The notes beneath the pieces were generated by a model, which was not told the DNA's origin, ran no database searches, and saw only the letters and a list, made by a program, of their open reading frames with translations. The translations under genes were made by a program, and so were the position numbers. A DNA stretch of 64,000 nucleotides from Occultella glacieicola (GTDB lineage Bacteria > Actinomycetota > Actinomycetes > Actinomycetales > Beutenbergiaceae): the NCBI RefSeq assembly GCF_004353825.1, contig NZ_SMNA01000003.1, forward strand, positions 248,001 through 312,000, given 5' to 3'. Positions within the stretch are counted from its first letter, which is position 1. The number at the start of each line of letters is the position of its first letter. This document shows, piece by piece, positions 18,749 to 32,470 of the stretch.

Positions 18749-20242
18749 ATGAGCAACCCGACCAGCATCTTCACCCCGGCCAGCCTCACTGCACGTTCGG
18801 TCGACGTCACGGTCACGGGCCTGGATGGAGCCCCGGAGGTCGCGGCGCACGGGATCCCCGTCTCCCCCGGCGTCGACGTACCCGCCCTGCTCGGGCTCGA
18901 CCGCGACGCTCTCTCCGCGGTCGGGTTCACCGGTGCCGTGGGTGAGACCCTGGTCCTGCCCGGCACGCCGATCCGGGTGGCCTACGGAACCGGACCACAG
19001 GAGGAGATCAGCTCCACGTCCGTGCGTGACGCCGCGGCCGCGTGCTCGCTCGCCGTGTCCCGGAGCACGGCCCTCGCTCTGGACCTGCCCGGCTCCACCG
19101 ACGAGGCGGGCGCGTTCGCCACAGCCGCGGTGGAGGGCGCGCTGCTGGCCCGGTACTCGTACCGACTCGGGCGGCCGTCGCCCAGCGCCCCGTTGGCCGC
19201 GTTGATGCTGCGTACCGGGGCCGATGGCGTCGCTGCGGCCGAGGAGGGCGCTCGCCGCGGCCAGATCCTGGTCCGCACCGCCGAGCGCAGCCGCGATCTC
19301 GCGAACGCTCCCGGAGGCGCGCTCACCGCCGCCCGGTTCGCCGAGCTCGCGACCGAGATCGGCGCGTCCGCCGGACTCCGGGTCGAGGTCTTCGACGAGG
19401 CGGCTCTGCGCGACCTCGGCTGCGGCGGCCTGCTCGGCGTGAACCTCGGCAGCGTCGACCCACCCCGGATGGTGAAGCTGACCTACGAGCCGTCCGGGAC
19501 GCCGTCGGGCCGGCTGACCCTGGTCGGCAAGGGGATCATGTACGACTCGGGCGGGATCGCGCTCAAGCCCGGTGACCTGATGCATGCGGCCATGAAGAAC
19601 GACATGACCGGCGCCGGGGCGATCCTGGCCGCGATGACCGCCCTCGGCGAGCTGGACTGCCCCACCCAAGTGACCGGGTTCCTGATGTGCACCGACAACA
19701 TGCCCTCCGGCTCCGCCATGAAGCTGGGGGACGTCCTGACCATTCGCGGCGGCACCACGGTCGAGGTGCTGAACACCGACGCCGAGGGCCGGCTGGTGAT
19801 GGCCGACGCCCTGGTGCTGGCCACCGAGGAGCCCACCGACGCGATCGTGGACATCGCCACCCTCACCGGTGCCTGCATGCGTGCTCTCGGCACCGAGATC
19901 GCCGGGGTGATGGGCAACGACTCCGGCGTGATCGACCAGGTCCGCCACGCCGGTGAGCGGGTCGACGAGCCGGTCTGGGAACTGCCGCTGGCCCGCCGCT
20001 ACCGCAAGGAGCTCGACTCGACGATCGCGGACCTCAAGAACCTCGGCGGCCCGAACGCGGGGGCGATCACCGCCGCGCTGTTCCTCGAGGAGTTCGTGGA
20101 TGGCCGCCCCTGGGCCCACCTGGATATCGCCGGGACCGCCCAGGCGGACGCCGCGAACGGGTGGCGCAACAAGGGCGCCACCGGCTTCGGTGCCCGGCTG
20201 CTGGTGGACCTGGCCCTGAACTTCACGGCACCCGGCCGGTAG
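18749..20242 (+). CDS. pepA: Leucyl aminopeptidase (M17)
   Basis: 'LVGKGIMYDSGG', 'MKNDMTGA', 'NTDAEGRL', 'WAHLDIAG'. Confidence 0.92.
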   Translation: MSNPTSIFTPASLTARSVDVTVTGLDGAPEVAAHGIPVSPGVDVPALLGLDRDALSAVGFTGAVGETLVLPGTPIRVAYGTGPQEEISSTSVRDAAAACSLAVSRSTALALDLPGSTDEAGAFATAAVEGALLARYSYRLGRPSPSAPLAALMLRTGADGVAAAEEGARRGQILVRTAERSRDLANAPGGALTAARFAELATEIGASAGLRVEVFDEAALRDLGCGGLLGVNLGSVDPPRMVKLTYEPSGTPSGRLTLVGKGIMYDSGGIALKPGDLMHAAMKNDMTGAGAILAAMTALGELDCPTQVTGFLMCTDNMPSGSAMKLGDVLTIRGGTTVEVLNTDAEGRLVMADALVLATEEPTDAIVDIATLTGACMRALGTEIAGVMGNDSGVIDQVRHAGERVDEPVWELPLARRYRKELDSTIADLKNLGGPNAGAITAALFLEEFVDGRPWAHLDIAGTAQADAANGWRNKGATGFGARLLVDLALNFTAPGR

Positions 20243-20250
20243 GAGGCATC

Positions 20251-21918
20251 ATGACCGAGCTCACCGCCGACGAGACCCCGGCCGACACCAAGGGCTTCCT
20301 GAACTGGATCGAGCGGGTCGGCAACAAGGTGCCGAACCCGACGATCATGTTCGTCTACCTCATCGGCCTGATCGCGGTGATCTCCCTGATCCTGGCCTGG
20401 GTCGGGGTGTCGGTCACCGACGAGGTGGTCACCCCGGTCCCGCGCGACGAGTTCAACCAGGTCAATGAGCACCTGGGTGGCACCTGGACGATCTACGACT
20501 CCGTGACGGGAGAGCCCGCCGAGGTCCCGGAGTACATCGTCGAGGAGGTCACCTTCGAGGTCCGCAGCCTGCTGTCCGTCGAGGGCCTCCGGTTCTCCTT
20601 CTCGTCCTTCGTCGACAATTTCGCCGGCTTCGGCGTGGTCGCGGTCGTGCTCGTCGCGATGGCCGGGGTCGGTGTCGCCGAGCACGCCGGCCTCATGGGG
20701 GCCCTGATCCGGCGCACCGTGAAGGTCGCACCCAAGCGGTGGCTCGCCTTCATCCTGATCTTCGTCGGCGTGCTGTCCTCGGTGGCGACGGACGCCGGGT
20801 ACCTGATCCTGGTCCCGCTCGCCGCCGCGGCCTTCCTCACCGTCGGGCGACATCCGCTCGCCGGCCTGGCCGCCGCGTTCGCCGGCGTCGGCGCCGTGTT
20901 CGGGGTGAACCTGCTGATCACACCGTCGGACAGCATGCTCACCGAGATCACGAACGAGGTCCTCGCCACCGCCGGGATGGAGACGCTGGAGGTCACCCAG
21001 AACTTCTACTTCGCGATCGTCTCGTCCATCGCGATGGCCGTGGTCGTGCTGCTGGTCACCCTGTTCGTGACCGAGAAGCGACTCGGGACCTACCAGCGCG
21101 ACGACCTGGCCGCGGGCGTGGCCGAGGCGAACGCCGACGAGGAGGTCGACGAGGCCGCCGAGGCCCGGGGACTGAGATTCTCGTTCTGGGCACTGATCGG
21201 CTTCGTGGCCCTGATCGCCCTGCTCACGGCTCCTCCGGGGGCTCCGCTGCGTGACCCGGAGACCGGGGCGGTCATCGGCACCACGCCGTTCATGGCGAGC
21301 CTCGTCTTCATCATCTCGCTCGCGTTCCTGGTCTGCGGCGCCGCCTACGGTGCCGGGGCGAAGACCCTGGTGGGCGGGAACGCCGCCGTCGCCGCGATCA
21401 CCAAGACGTTCGCGAGCCTCGGCGGGTTGCTGCTGATGTTCCTGATGATCGCCCAGTTCATCGCGCTGTTCAACTGGTCGAACCTGCCGACGGTCGCGGC
21501 CGTCTCGGCTGCCGAACTGCTGGAGACGGCGGACGTCCCGGCGCTCGTGCTGCTGCTGGCGTTCATCCTGGTGATCGTCATCCTCGACTTCATCCTCCCG
21601 GGCCTGGTGCCGAAGTGGGTGATCTTCGCGCCGGTGTTCATCCCGATCTTCGCCTCGCTCGACGTGGCCCCGCAGACGCTGCTGGCCGCCTACCGCGTCG
21701 GCGACTCGCCGGTGAACGTGCTCACCCCGCTCATGGTGTACCTGCCGTTCATGGTCACCGTGGCGCAGCGGTACAAGAAGGACGCCGGCATCGGCACGAT
21801 CATCGCCCTGATGATCCCGTACGCGGTGGCGGTGCTGGTCACCTGGACCGTGCTGTTCGCAGCCTGGTTCCTGTTGGGGATCCCGTGGGGTCCCGGCGCG
21901 CCGGTGGACATGGGCTGA
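20251..21918 (+). CDS. AbgT family transporter
   Basis: 'FLNWIERVGNKVPNP', 'GRHPLAGLAAAFAGV', 'AAYRVGDS..N..TP', 'GIGT'; AGGAGG RBS before ATG 20251. Confidence 0.9.
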   Translation: MTELTADETPADTKGFLNWIERVGNKVPNPTIMFVYLIGLIAVISLILAWVGVSVTDEVVTPVPRDEFNQVNEHLGGTWTIYDSVTGEPAEVPEYIVEEVTFEVRSLLSVEGLRFSFSSFVDNFAGFGVVAVVLVAMAGVGVAEHAGLMGALIRRTVKVAPKRWLAFILIFVGVLSSVATDAGYLILVPLAAAAFLTVGRHPLAGLAAAFAGVGAVFGVNLLITPSDSMLTEITNEVLATAGMETLEVTQNFYFAIVSSIAMAVVVLLVTLFVTEKRLGTYQRDDLAAGVAEANADEEVDEAAEARGLRFSFWALIGFVALIALLTAPPGAPLRDPETGAVIGTTPFMASLVFIISLAFLVCGAAYGAGAKTLVGGNAAVAAITKTFASLGGLLLMFLMIAQFIALFNWSNLPTVAAVSAAELLETADVPALVLLLAFILVIVILDFILPGLVPKWVIFAPVFIPIFASLDVAPQTLLAAYRVGDSPVNVLTPLMVYLPFMVTVAQRYKKDAGIGTIIALMIPYAVAVLVTWTVLFAAWFLLGIPWGPGAPVDMG

Positions 21919-21958
21919 GCCGTCCGCAGACCGACAACCGAGCGCGAAGGAACCCAGC

Positions 21959-23767
21959 ATCGATCCCGCAACGATCACCCTGATCATCCTCGGGCTGGCC
22001 GTGGTCGCCTTCATCACGAACAAGCTCCCGGTCGGGGTGGTCGCCCTGCTCGTGGCCCTGTCCCTCTGGGCCACGGGTGTCCTGGACCTCGGTGGCGCCC
22101 TCGGTGGCTTCGGCGACCCGGTGGTGATCTTCCTCGCCAGCCTGTTCGTGGTCAGCGAAGGGCTCGACGCCTCCGGGGTCACCGCCTGGGCCGGCCAGAC
22201 CCTCGCCCAGCGCGCGGGCACCTCGCCGCGCCGGGTCCTCGTCGCCGTCATGATCCTCTGCGCGCTGCTGACCACCCTGCTCACCCCGAACGGCTCGGTG
22301 GCGGCGCTGCTCCCGATGGTCATCCTGCTCGCGCTGCGCGCGAAAACCTCGCCCTCGCAGTTCCTCATGCCGCTGGCTTTCGCGGCGCACGCGGGCTCGA
22401 TGCTCGCCCTGACCGGCACCGTCGTCAACGTCATCGTCTCCGACGCCTCCGCCGACGCCGGAGCCGGGCGGTTCGGGTTCTTCGAGTTCGCGCTGATCGG
22501 ACTCCCGTTGCTCGCGATCACCATCGCCGCCTGTGTGATCCTCGGTCCGCTCGTGCTGCCCAAGGAGACCCCGAAGTACGTCCCGCCGGACCTGAGTCGG
22601 CACGCGAACACCCTGGCCGGGCAGTACGACCTCACCGGCGGGCTGCACCGGCTCCGGATCAGGGAGGGCTCCCCGCTGGTGGGCACCGCCCTGGGTGACC
22701 TGGATCTGGGCGCCGACCATCCGGGCCTGCGGTTCGTGGGTGCGCAGCGCCCGGACCGCAGCCCGGCACCGGCCGCGCACCTGCTCGACGTCGATGACGT
22801 GCTGGTCGTCGCGGGCCCCTCCGACCAGGTCGGCCGGCTCATGATCGACTCCGACCTCGCGGTGCGGATGCTCCCGCACAGCGCCGAGCCCGACGGCGGC
22901 CTCATCACCAGGGAGGCGGGCGTGGTCGAGGTGGTCGTCCCGCCTCGCTCCCCGTTCCTCGGCGACCGCGTCTTCCCGGGCATGGTGCGCGGCTCGGACG
23001 TGGTCATCCTGGCCGTGCGCCGCCGCGGGAAGGACGTCCTCGGCGCCACGGATGTGACCGAGGGCGACGTGCTGCTGCTGCACGGCACCTGGCCGGCCGT
23101 GGACGCCCTCGTCGACGACCGGGACGTCCTCCTGGTCGACTCCCCCGACCTGCTGCGGCGCCAGGCCGTGCCGTTCGGCAGCAAGGCCCCGCGGGCCCTG
23201 ATCGTGGTCGCGGTCATGGTGGTGCTGCTGGTGCTCGGGGTGGTGCCGGCCGCCGTCGCCGGCATCATCGGCGCGCTCGGCATGGTGGCGACCCGGGTGG
23301 TCACCGTGCCGCAGGCCTACCGGGCCCTGCCCTGGGAGATCATCATCCTGATCGGCGGCCTGATCCCGCTCTCGGTGGCCATCACGGACTCCGGTGCGGC
23401 CGACCTGATCGCCGACGTCATCGTGACCGTGGTCGGGGAGGCCAACCCGTACGTGCTGCTGGTGACCCTGTTCGTCTTCACCTGCGCCCTCGGCCAGGTG
23501 GTCTCGAACACGGCGACGGTCCTGATCGTGGTCCCGATCGCCCTCGCGGCAGCCGCCGAGACCGGGCTGGCGGTCCAGCCCGTGCTGATGCTGGTCGGCG
23601 TCGCCGGTGCGGCCTCGTTCCTGACCCCGATCGCCACGCCGTCCAACCTGATGGTGATGGGACCCGGCGGCTACCGGTTCGGCAGCTATTGGCGGCTCGG
23701 GCTACCGGTCATGGCACTCTGGCTGGTCGTGGCCCTGCTGGTGATCCCGGTGTTCTGGCCGCTGTAG
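21959..23767 (+). CDS. SLC13/CitMHS-type permease with TrkA-C domains
   Basis: 'LMPLAFAAHAGSMLALTGTVVN', central RCK-C repeats, 'SNTAT', 'FLTPIATPSNLMVMGPGGYRFG'; start inferred at ATC 21959 after AAGGAA (first GTG at 22001). Confidence 0.85.
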   Translation: MDPATITLIILGLAVVAFITNKLPVGVVALLVALSLWATGVLDLGGALGGFGDPVVIFLASLFVVSEGLDASGVTAWAGQTLAQRAGTSPRRVLVAVMILCALLTTLLTPNGSVAALLPMVILLALRAKTSPSQFLMPLAFAAHAGSMLALTGTVVNVIVSDASADAGAGRFGFFEFALIGLPLLAITIAACVILGPLVLPKETPKYVPPDLSRHANTLAGQYDLTGGLHRLRIREGSPLVGTALGDLDLGADHPGLRFVGAQRPDRSPAPAAHLLDVDDVLVVAGPSDQVGRLMIDSDLAVRMLPHSAEPDGGLITREAGVVEVVVPPRSPFLGDRVFPGMVRGSDVVILAVRRRGKDVLGATDVTEGDVLLLHGTWPAVDALVDDRDVLLVDSPDLLRRQAVPFGSKAPRALIVVAVMVVLLVLGVVPAAVAGIIGALGMVATRVVTVPQAYRALPWEIIILIGGLIPLSVAITDSGAADLIADVIVTVVGEANPYVLLVTLFVFTCALGQVVSNTATVLIVVPIALAAAAETGLAVQPVLMLVGVAGAASFLTPIATPSNLMVMGPGGYRFGSYWRLGLPVMALWLVVALLVIPVFWPL

Positions 23768-23771
23768 CGGT

Positions 23772-24536
23772 TCACCGCAACCCGAGGTCGGCGTGCCGTC
23801 CACGGTAGACGGCAGTGCGCAGTTCGATCGCGTACGCGTCGAGTTCCGGCATGCCGAGCCGGCGGGCCACCTCGATCTCGGCCTCGACGTCATAGCCGAT
23901 CCGGACGAACTGGACGCCGAACGGATCGCTCGGGACGCCGTCGGGCACGCCTTCGAGGATCACGTAGCAGGCGGTGGGCTCATCCAGCGGGTTGCCCACG
24001 CTGCCGGCGTTGAACAGGGTGCGCCCCTCGGAGGTCTCCAGGTAGGCGTCATGGATGTCGCCATAGCCCACCACGGTCGGTTCCGGGCCGGGGCCGGTCA
24101 GGTCGGTGCTGACGAACATGCCCTCGAACTGCGCGGTCGTGTGCTGGAAGTGCACCCGGGTGTAGACGCTCTGCGCCGAGGCGTGGAAGAGCCGGATCCG
24201 GCGACCGCTGAGGACCAGGTCGTGGGCCAGGGGCAGGCCGCGCAGCCAGCGCCGGTCCTCGGCGGTGAGTTCGTGGTGCCACCACCACCCGGCCTCGCCC
24301 CGTTCGGGCTCGTCCTCGCGGGGCAGGAAGTCGTCCCAGTTGCCGCGCACGGTGACGGCGCACCGTTCGCGGCTCATCCGCACCGCTTCGGAACCGCGAG
24401 GGCCCTTCCCGGCGACGTCGCCCAGGTTCACGATCGTGGCGATGCCGCGGGCGTCGATGTCGGCCAGAACGGCCGTCAGGGCGGTCACGTTGCCGTGGAT
24501 GTCGGAGATGATCGCCAGCCGCTGCGGGGTGCCCAT
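23772..24536 (-). CDS. Metallophosphoesterase family protein
   Basis: 'SDIHGN', 'LGD', 'RGNWD', 'NAGSVG'. Confidence 0.88.
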   Translation of the reverse strand: MGTPQRLAIISDIHGNVTALTAVLADIDARGIATIVNLGDVAGKGPRGSEAVRMSRERCAVTVRGNWDDFLPREDEPERGEAGWWWHHELTAEDRRWLRGLPLAHDLVLSGRRIRLFHASAQSVYTRVHFQHTTAQFEGMFVSTDLTGPGPEPTVVGYGDIHDAYLETSEGRTLFNAGSVGNPLDEPTACYVILEGVPDGVPSDPFGVQFVRIGYDVEAEIEVARRLGMPELDAYAIELRTAVYRGRHADLGLR

Positions 24537-24572
24537 CGGCACAGGGTAGCGACGTGGCCCGGTCCCCTCGGT

Positions 24573-24983
24573 TCAGGCGTCGACCGCGTGGTGCACCAGG
24601 GCGAGCAGCGCACCCGCGTAGGCGTCCTCGACGACGGCGGCCCGGTAGGTCGCGCGTCCGTCCGGCCCGTCCGTGGTCACCACGTAGACCTCGCCGTCGC
24701 GCTCGAGCGAGCGGAACGTGCCACCGAGCATCTCCCGCAACTGGTCCTCGCGCGGCAGCCAGAGCGTGTCGTCCTGCGCGATGCTGTCCAACGCCCACTC
24801 GGTGGTGCCGTTGAAGTGCAGCACCGTGCCGGTGTCGTAGGTGCGCGGCTCGATGACCATGTGCGACAGCGTGAACACGTCCTCACTGAGCGCCTCGGCG
24901 GAGATCCGGAACTGGTCCCCCGGCTTGGGGTCCCACCGGACGCCCGCCAGCGCCAGGTCCTGGGCAAGTTGATCGCTGATCAT
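24573..24983 (-). CDS. Conserved actinobacterial hypothetical protein
   Basis: 'W.PKPGDQF', 'FNGTTEWALDS', 'LWLPREDQLR' conserved-looking motifs; good codon usage. Confidence 0.7.
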   Translation of the reverse strand: MISDQLAQDLALAGVRWDPKPGDQFRISAEALSEDVFTLSHMVIEPRTYDTGTVLHFNGTTEWALDSIAQDDTLWLPREDQLREMLGGTFRSLERDGEVYVVTTDGPDGRATYRAAVVEDAYAGALLALVHHAVDA

Positions 24984-25107
24984 CACTCCAGTATCCACGC
25001 CCGACGGCGGGCCAGCGAGACGCGGACCTCCCCCGGCCCACGTGCGACGGGCGCCCGGGCAACGGTCCCGGACGCCCGACCGCACGGCGGGCCGGTGCGG
25101 CCCTCGG

Positions 25108-25626
25108 TCAGATGGAGGCGCCGGCGAGCACCCAGTCGCCGTCCTGCGGGACCAGGGTCCAGGTGACGTTGCCATCGGTCCCGGTCACGATCCCCGAGAC
25201 GGTGGCGACATCGGTCATGCCCTGCTCGGTGAACCAGGCCTCGTAGAACGCGCTCAGCGCCTCGGGGTCCTCCGGTGCCGGGAAGTCGAGCTGCACGACG
25301 TTCGCACTGGCGGTGGTCACCGTGTACTCGACGCCGGCCGGCACGGATACCTCGGTCACGAAGCCGCCCTCGATCGGGACCACCTCGGCGTCGGCGCCGC
25401 CGGCACCGCCCTCGTCCTCGGCCGGGTCCTCGGCACCGGCGTCCTCGGCGCCGTCATCGTCGGTCGCGGCGTCGGTGTCGGCCGCGGTGTCGTCGGCACC
25501 CTCCTCGGAGGACGTGCCGGCATCTGAGTCGGCGTCGTCCGCACCGGCGGAGCAGGCGCCCAGACCGAGTGCGGTGGCGAGCACCAGGGCGGTGACGGGG
25601 GCGGCGAGGCGTCGAACAGGTCGCAT
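25108..25626 (-). CDS. Lipoprotein with acidic low-complexity linker
   Basis: Signal peptide with lipobox 'LGAC', Asp/Ala-rich tether, small C-terminal domain; AAGGA RBS. Confidence 0.75.
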   Translation of the reverse strand: MRPVRRLAAPVTALVLATALGLGACSAGADDADSDAGTSSEEGADDTAADTDAATDDDGAEDAGAEDPAEDEGGAGGADAEVVPIEGGFVTEVSVPAGVEYTVTTASANVVQLDFPAPEDPEALSAFYEAWFTEQGMTDVATVSGIVTGTDGNVTWTLVPQDGDWVLAGASI

Positions 25627-25728
25627 GGAGTTCCTTCGGGTTCGTGTCGGATCGTGCCCGTTGACCATAGGCGGGCCAGTCGGTCGCCGCCGCACCCGGC
25701 GCCGGGCAGAACTCCCCTGCTCCTGATG

Positions 25729-29211
<3,483 letters not shown>

Positions 29212-29215
<4 letters not shown>

Positions 29216-29670
29216 CCATCTTCGACCCCTACAAGCAGCGGTCCGCCGACCCGACGTCGCTCAACCTCGGTCGCGCGACCGTCTCACCGACCCTGCTCGG
29301 CACGGACATCGGGCGCATCGACCAGAGCCGACCGCAGGCATCGGGCGCGCTCTACGCGCTCGGGTTCGTCCTCGGCTGGGCCGCGATCGGCATTCCGCTG
29401 ATCCTCGCGGCCCTCGTCTACCTGACGCCGCTCGCCGTGGACGAGGGCTGGCAGACCCCGGAACCGGTCGGGGTCGACGTCCTCGTCATGGCCGGGACTA
29501 TCGTGCCGATGGTCACCGCCGTCCTCGCCAGCATCCTCGCCGCGGTCGGCAGGCGCCGGATCAAGGGGGCCCGGAACGGGGCCGGTGCGGTGTGGCTGGC
29601 GGTCAGTTTCGGGGTGCTCGCCCTGGCCACCGTGTGGATCGGCAACACGACCGGCATTCCGTTCCCCTGA
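29212..29670 (+). CDS. Hypothetical membrane protein
   Basis: Three TM helices; translationally coupled to the upstream gene. Confidence 0.65.
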
Positions 29671-29689
29671 GCCCGCGGGACGTCCCGGT

Positions 29690-30820
29690 TCAGGCGCGGG
29701 CCGCAGGGCTCGGCAGAGCCGCCCGGTCGAGTGCACCACGCCCGGCCGCGGAGATGCTCGCCTGGCCGAGCACCCGGGTGCCGTCGTAGACCACGATCGA
29801 CTGGCCCGGGGCGATCCCGCGCAGCGGGGTGCCGAGCCTGGTGTCCAAGCCGCCGGCGTCCCGGCGGACCCGGGCCGACACCGGGTCGCCGTGGGCGCGC
29901 ACCTGCACGGTGACGTCGGTCCAGTCGCCCGCGGCGACGTCGTCGGCGAACCAGACCACGTCGGCGGCGGCGATCTCGGTGACCGAGAGCAGTTCGCTCG
30001 GTCCGACGATGACGCGGTTCGCGTCCGGGTCCACCTCCAGCACGTAGCGGGGCTTGCCGTCCGGCGCCGGCGCGCCGATGCCCAGGCCCTTGCGCTGTCC
30101 GACGGTGAAGCCATAGGACCCCTCGTGGCTGCCGAGCACCCGGCCCTCGGTGTCGACGACCTCACCCGGCTGGGCGCCGAGGCGAGAACGCAGGAAGCCC
30201 CGGGTGTCGCCGTCGGCCACGAAGCAGATGTCGTAGGAGTCCGGCTTCGCGGACACGCTCAGCCCGCGGCGGGCGGCCTCGGCGCGCACGTCGTCCTTCG
30301 ACGGCGCGTCCCCGAGCGGGAAGATCGACCGGGCCAACCGCTCCGGTCCCATGACCGCGAGCACGTAGGACTGGTCCTTGAGCTCATCGGCGGCTCGGTG
30401 CAGTTCGCGCACACCACCGGGTCCCTCGACGATCCGGGCGTAGTGCCCGGTGGCGACGGCGTCGAACCCGAGCGCCAGCCCCCGGTCCAGCAGCGCGGAG
30501 AACTTGATGTGCTCGTTGCAGCGCACGCACGGGTTCGGGGTGCGGCCGGCCGAGTACTCGGAGAGGAAGTCAGCGACCACCGTGTCCTCGAACTCCTCGG
30601 ACAGGTCCCACACGTAGTACGGGATGCCGAGCACGTCGGCCGCGCGGCGGGCGTCCGAGGCGTCCTCGATCGAGCAGCATCCGCGCGAGCCGTTACGGTG
30701 CTGGGCCCGCGAGCGCGACAGCGCCATGTGCACACCGACCACGTCGTGCCCGGCGTCCACGGCGCGGGCGGCGGCGACGGCGGAGTCCACTCCCCCGGAC
30801 AGCGCGGCAAGCACCCGCAT
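29690..30820 (-). CDS. mnmA: tRNA 2-thiouridine(34) synthase
   Basis: 'SGGVDS', '[14 protein letters not shown]', 'ATGHY', 'KDQSY', 'KPDSYDICF', 'TVGQRKG', 'PGQ'. Confidence 0.97.
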   Translation of the reverse strand: MRVLAALSGGVDSAVAAARAVDAGHDVVGVHMALSRSRAQHRNGSRGCCSIEDASDARRAADVLGIPYYVWDLSEEFEDTVVADFLSEYSAGRTPNPCVRCNEHIKFSALLDRGLALGFDAVATGHYARIVEGPGGVRELHRAADELKDQSYVLAVMGPERLARSIFPLGDAPSKDDVRAEAARRGLSVSAKPDSYDICFVADGDTRGFLRSRLGAQPGEVVDTEGRVLGSHEGSYGFTVGQRKGLGIGAPAPDGKPRYVLEVDPDANRVIVGPSELLSVTEIAAADVVWFADDVAAGDWTDVTVQVRAHGDPVSARVRRDAGGLDTRLGTPLRGIAPGQSIVVYDGTRVLGQASISAAGRGALDRAALPSPAARA

Positions 30821-32061
30821 CAGCGCACGCCCCCGACCATGCCGCCGCCACCCGCCGTGGCGCGCTGCGCCGTCGGGGTCCGACGCGGCGCGTGCGCCGC
30901 CCGGGCCCGCTCGACGACGTCGGGCAGCACCGCGAGCAGCACGTCCACGTCCGCGTCGGTGGACGTGTGCCCGAGCGTCAGGCGCACCGCGGACCGGGCC
31001 CGCTCGTCGTCATCGCCCATCGCGGCCAGCACGTGCGAGGGCTGCTGCACCCCGGCCTGACAGGCGGACCCGGACGAGGCGCACACCCCGACCATGTCCA
31101 GCCCGAACAGGAGGGCGTCCGCGTCGGTGCCCTCGATGGTGAAGTGGGCGTTGCCGGGCAGCCGGTCCGCACCCGACGGGGTGCCGCGCAGGGTGGCACC
31201 CGGCACCGCGTCGAGCACCCCGGCCACGAGCCGGTCCCGCAGCGCGGTCAGCCGCGCGGTCTCGTCGGCCAGATCGGCGACGGCGGCCCGCACCGCGAGC
31301 GCGAGGGCCCGGATCCCGGGGGTGTTGACGGTGCCGGAGCGCACGCCGCGCTCCTGTCCGCCGCCGTGCAGCACCGGGGTCATGGCCAGGTCCCGGCGGG
31401 CCAGCAGCGCGCCGACCCCGATCGGGGCGCCGAGCTTGTGCCCGGACAGCGCCAGCGCGGCGAGCCCGCTGGCGGCGAAGTCGACCGGCACGTGCCCGAC
31501 CGCCTGCACGGCGTCGGAGTGCACCGGCACCCCGTGCGCGGCCGCGAGCGCGACCACGTCGGCGACCGGCTGGACCGAGCCGACCTCGTTGTTCGCCCAC
31601 ATCACCGAGACCACCGCGGTGCGCGAACCCTCGCGCTCGAGCAGCTGCGCGAGCTCGTCGAGCCGGATGACGCCGTCGGGCCCCACCCCGATCTCGCTCA
31701 GGTGCGCGCCCTCGCGGTCGGCGAGCCAGTGCGCGGCGTCGAGCACCGCATGATGCTCGACGGCGGAGATCACGACCCCGGTCCGGTCCGGCTCCGTATC
31801 GGTCGCCGCGAACCAGGCGCCCTTGACGGCGAGGTTGTCCGCCTCGGAGCCGCCGGCGGTGAAGATCACCTCGGTCGGGTGGGCGCCGAGGTCGGCCGCG
31901 ATGGACTCCCGGGACTCCTCGACGACGCGGCGCGCGGCGCGGCCGCGGGCGTGCAACGAGGACGGGTTGCCGAGCTCGAGCGCGGCCTCGGCGTAGGCGG
32001 CCGCGACGTCCGGGCGCACCGGGGTGGTGGCGGCGTGGTCGAGGTAGACGGGGGTGGTCAC
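30820..32061 (-). CDS. Cysteine desulfurase (IscS-like) partner of MnmA
   Basis: 'YLDHAATT', 'GNPSS', 'HSDAVQ', 'SGHK', 'SSGSAC'. Confidence 0.92.
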   Translation of the reverse strand: MTTPVYLDHAATTPVRPDVAAAYAEAALELGNPSSLHARGRAARRVVEESRESIAADLGAHPTEVIFTAGGSEADNLAVKGAWFAATDTEPDRTGVVISAVEHHAVLDAAHWLADREGAHLSEIGVGPDGVIRLDELAQLLEREGSRTAVVSVMWANNEVGSVQPVADVVALAAAHGVPVHSDAVQAVGHVPVDFAASGLAALALSGHKLGAPIGVGALLARRDLAMTPVLHGGGQERGVRSGTVNTPGIRALALAVRAAVADLADETARLTALRDRLVAGVLDAVPGATLRGTPSGADRLPGNAHFTIEGTDADALLFGLDMVGVCASSGSACQAGVQQPSHVLAAMGDDDERARSAVRLTLGHTSTDADVDVLLAVLPDVVERARAAHAPRRTPTAQRATAGGGGMVGGVR

Positions 32062-32079
32062 GGTCCACCAGTCTACGTT

Positions 32080-32340
32080 CCGCCCCGGCCGACCCCTCTC
32101 TGGGACGACCTCCGGCACCGGATCCTCGACACCCTCGAGAAGGTCGGGGCCCACTCCCGCATGGGGCTCGACCTGTTCGGTGCCTTCCGCGAGGCCGGCC
32201 TGCCCGCTCCCGAGTTCGTCGTCGAGGTCCCGACGGGCAGCGGAGGCCGTTCACCGGCGTTCGGGTGGGCGAACATCCTGGGCGCCCTGCAGCCGCTGAT
32301 GGCGCGCCTCGGCACCTGGGCCGCCGTACCGGCAGCCTGA
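32080..32340 (+). pseudogene. Probable C-terminal fragment of a SAM-dependent methyltransferase
   Basis: 'PTPLWDDLRHRILDTLEKVGAHSRMGLDLFGAFREAGLPAP...GWANILGALQPLMARLG' resembles methyltransferase C-termini; no SAM-binding motif or upstream start. Confidence 0.5.
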
Positions 32341-32470
32341 GCGGTTCCCGACGGCGCGCCAAGGCCAGTCCTACCCCTGTGCAGGGTGCGCCGGCGCCCC
32401 CGGGTGTGGCCTAGGCTCATGCCGACGTGCGCGAGCACCATCGGCGGGATCGACTAGGCAGGGGTGGGGC

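Noticed and set aside
19999..23304. 1101-aa minus-strand ORF
   Set aside because: Antisense shadow of abgT and the SLC13 gene; a consequence of high-GC codon bias
24573..24983. Pilus assembly CpaE label often attached to similar proteins
   Set aside because: No ATPase or receiver domain, and no tad genes nearby
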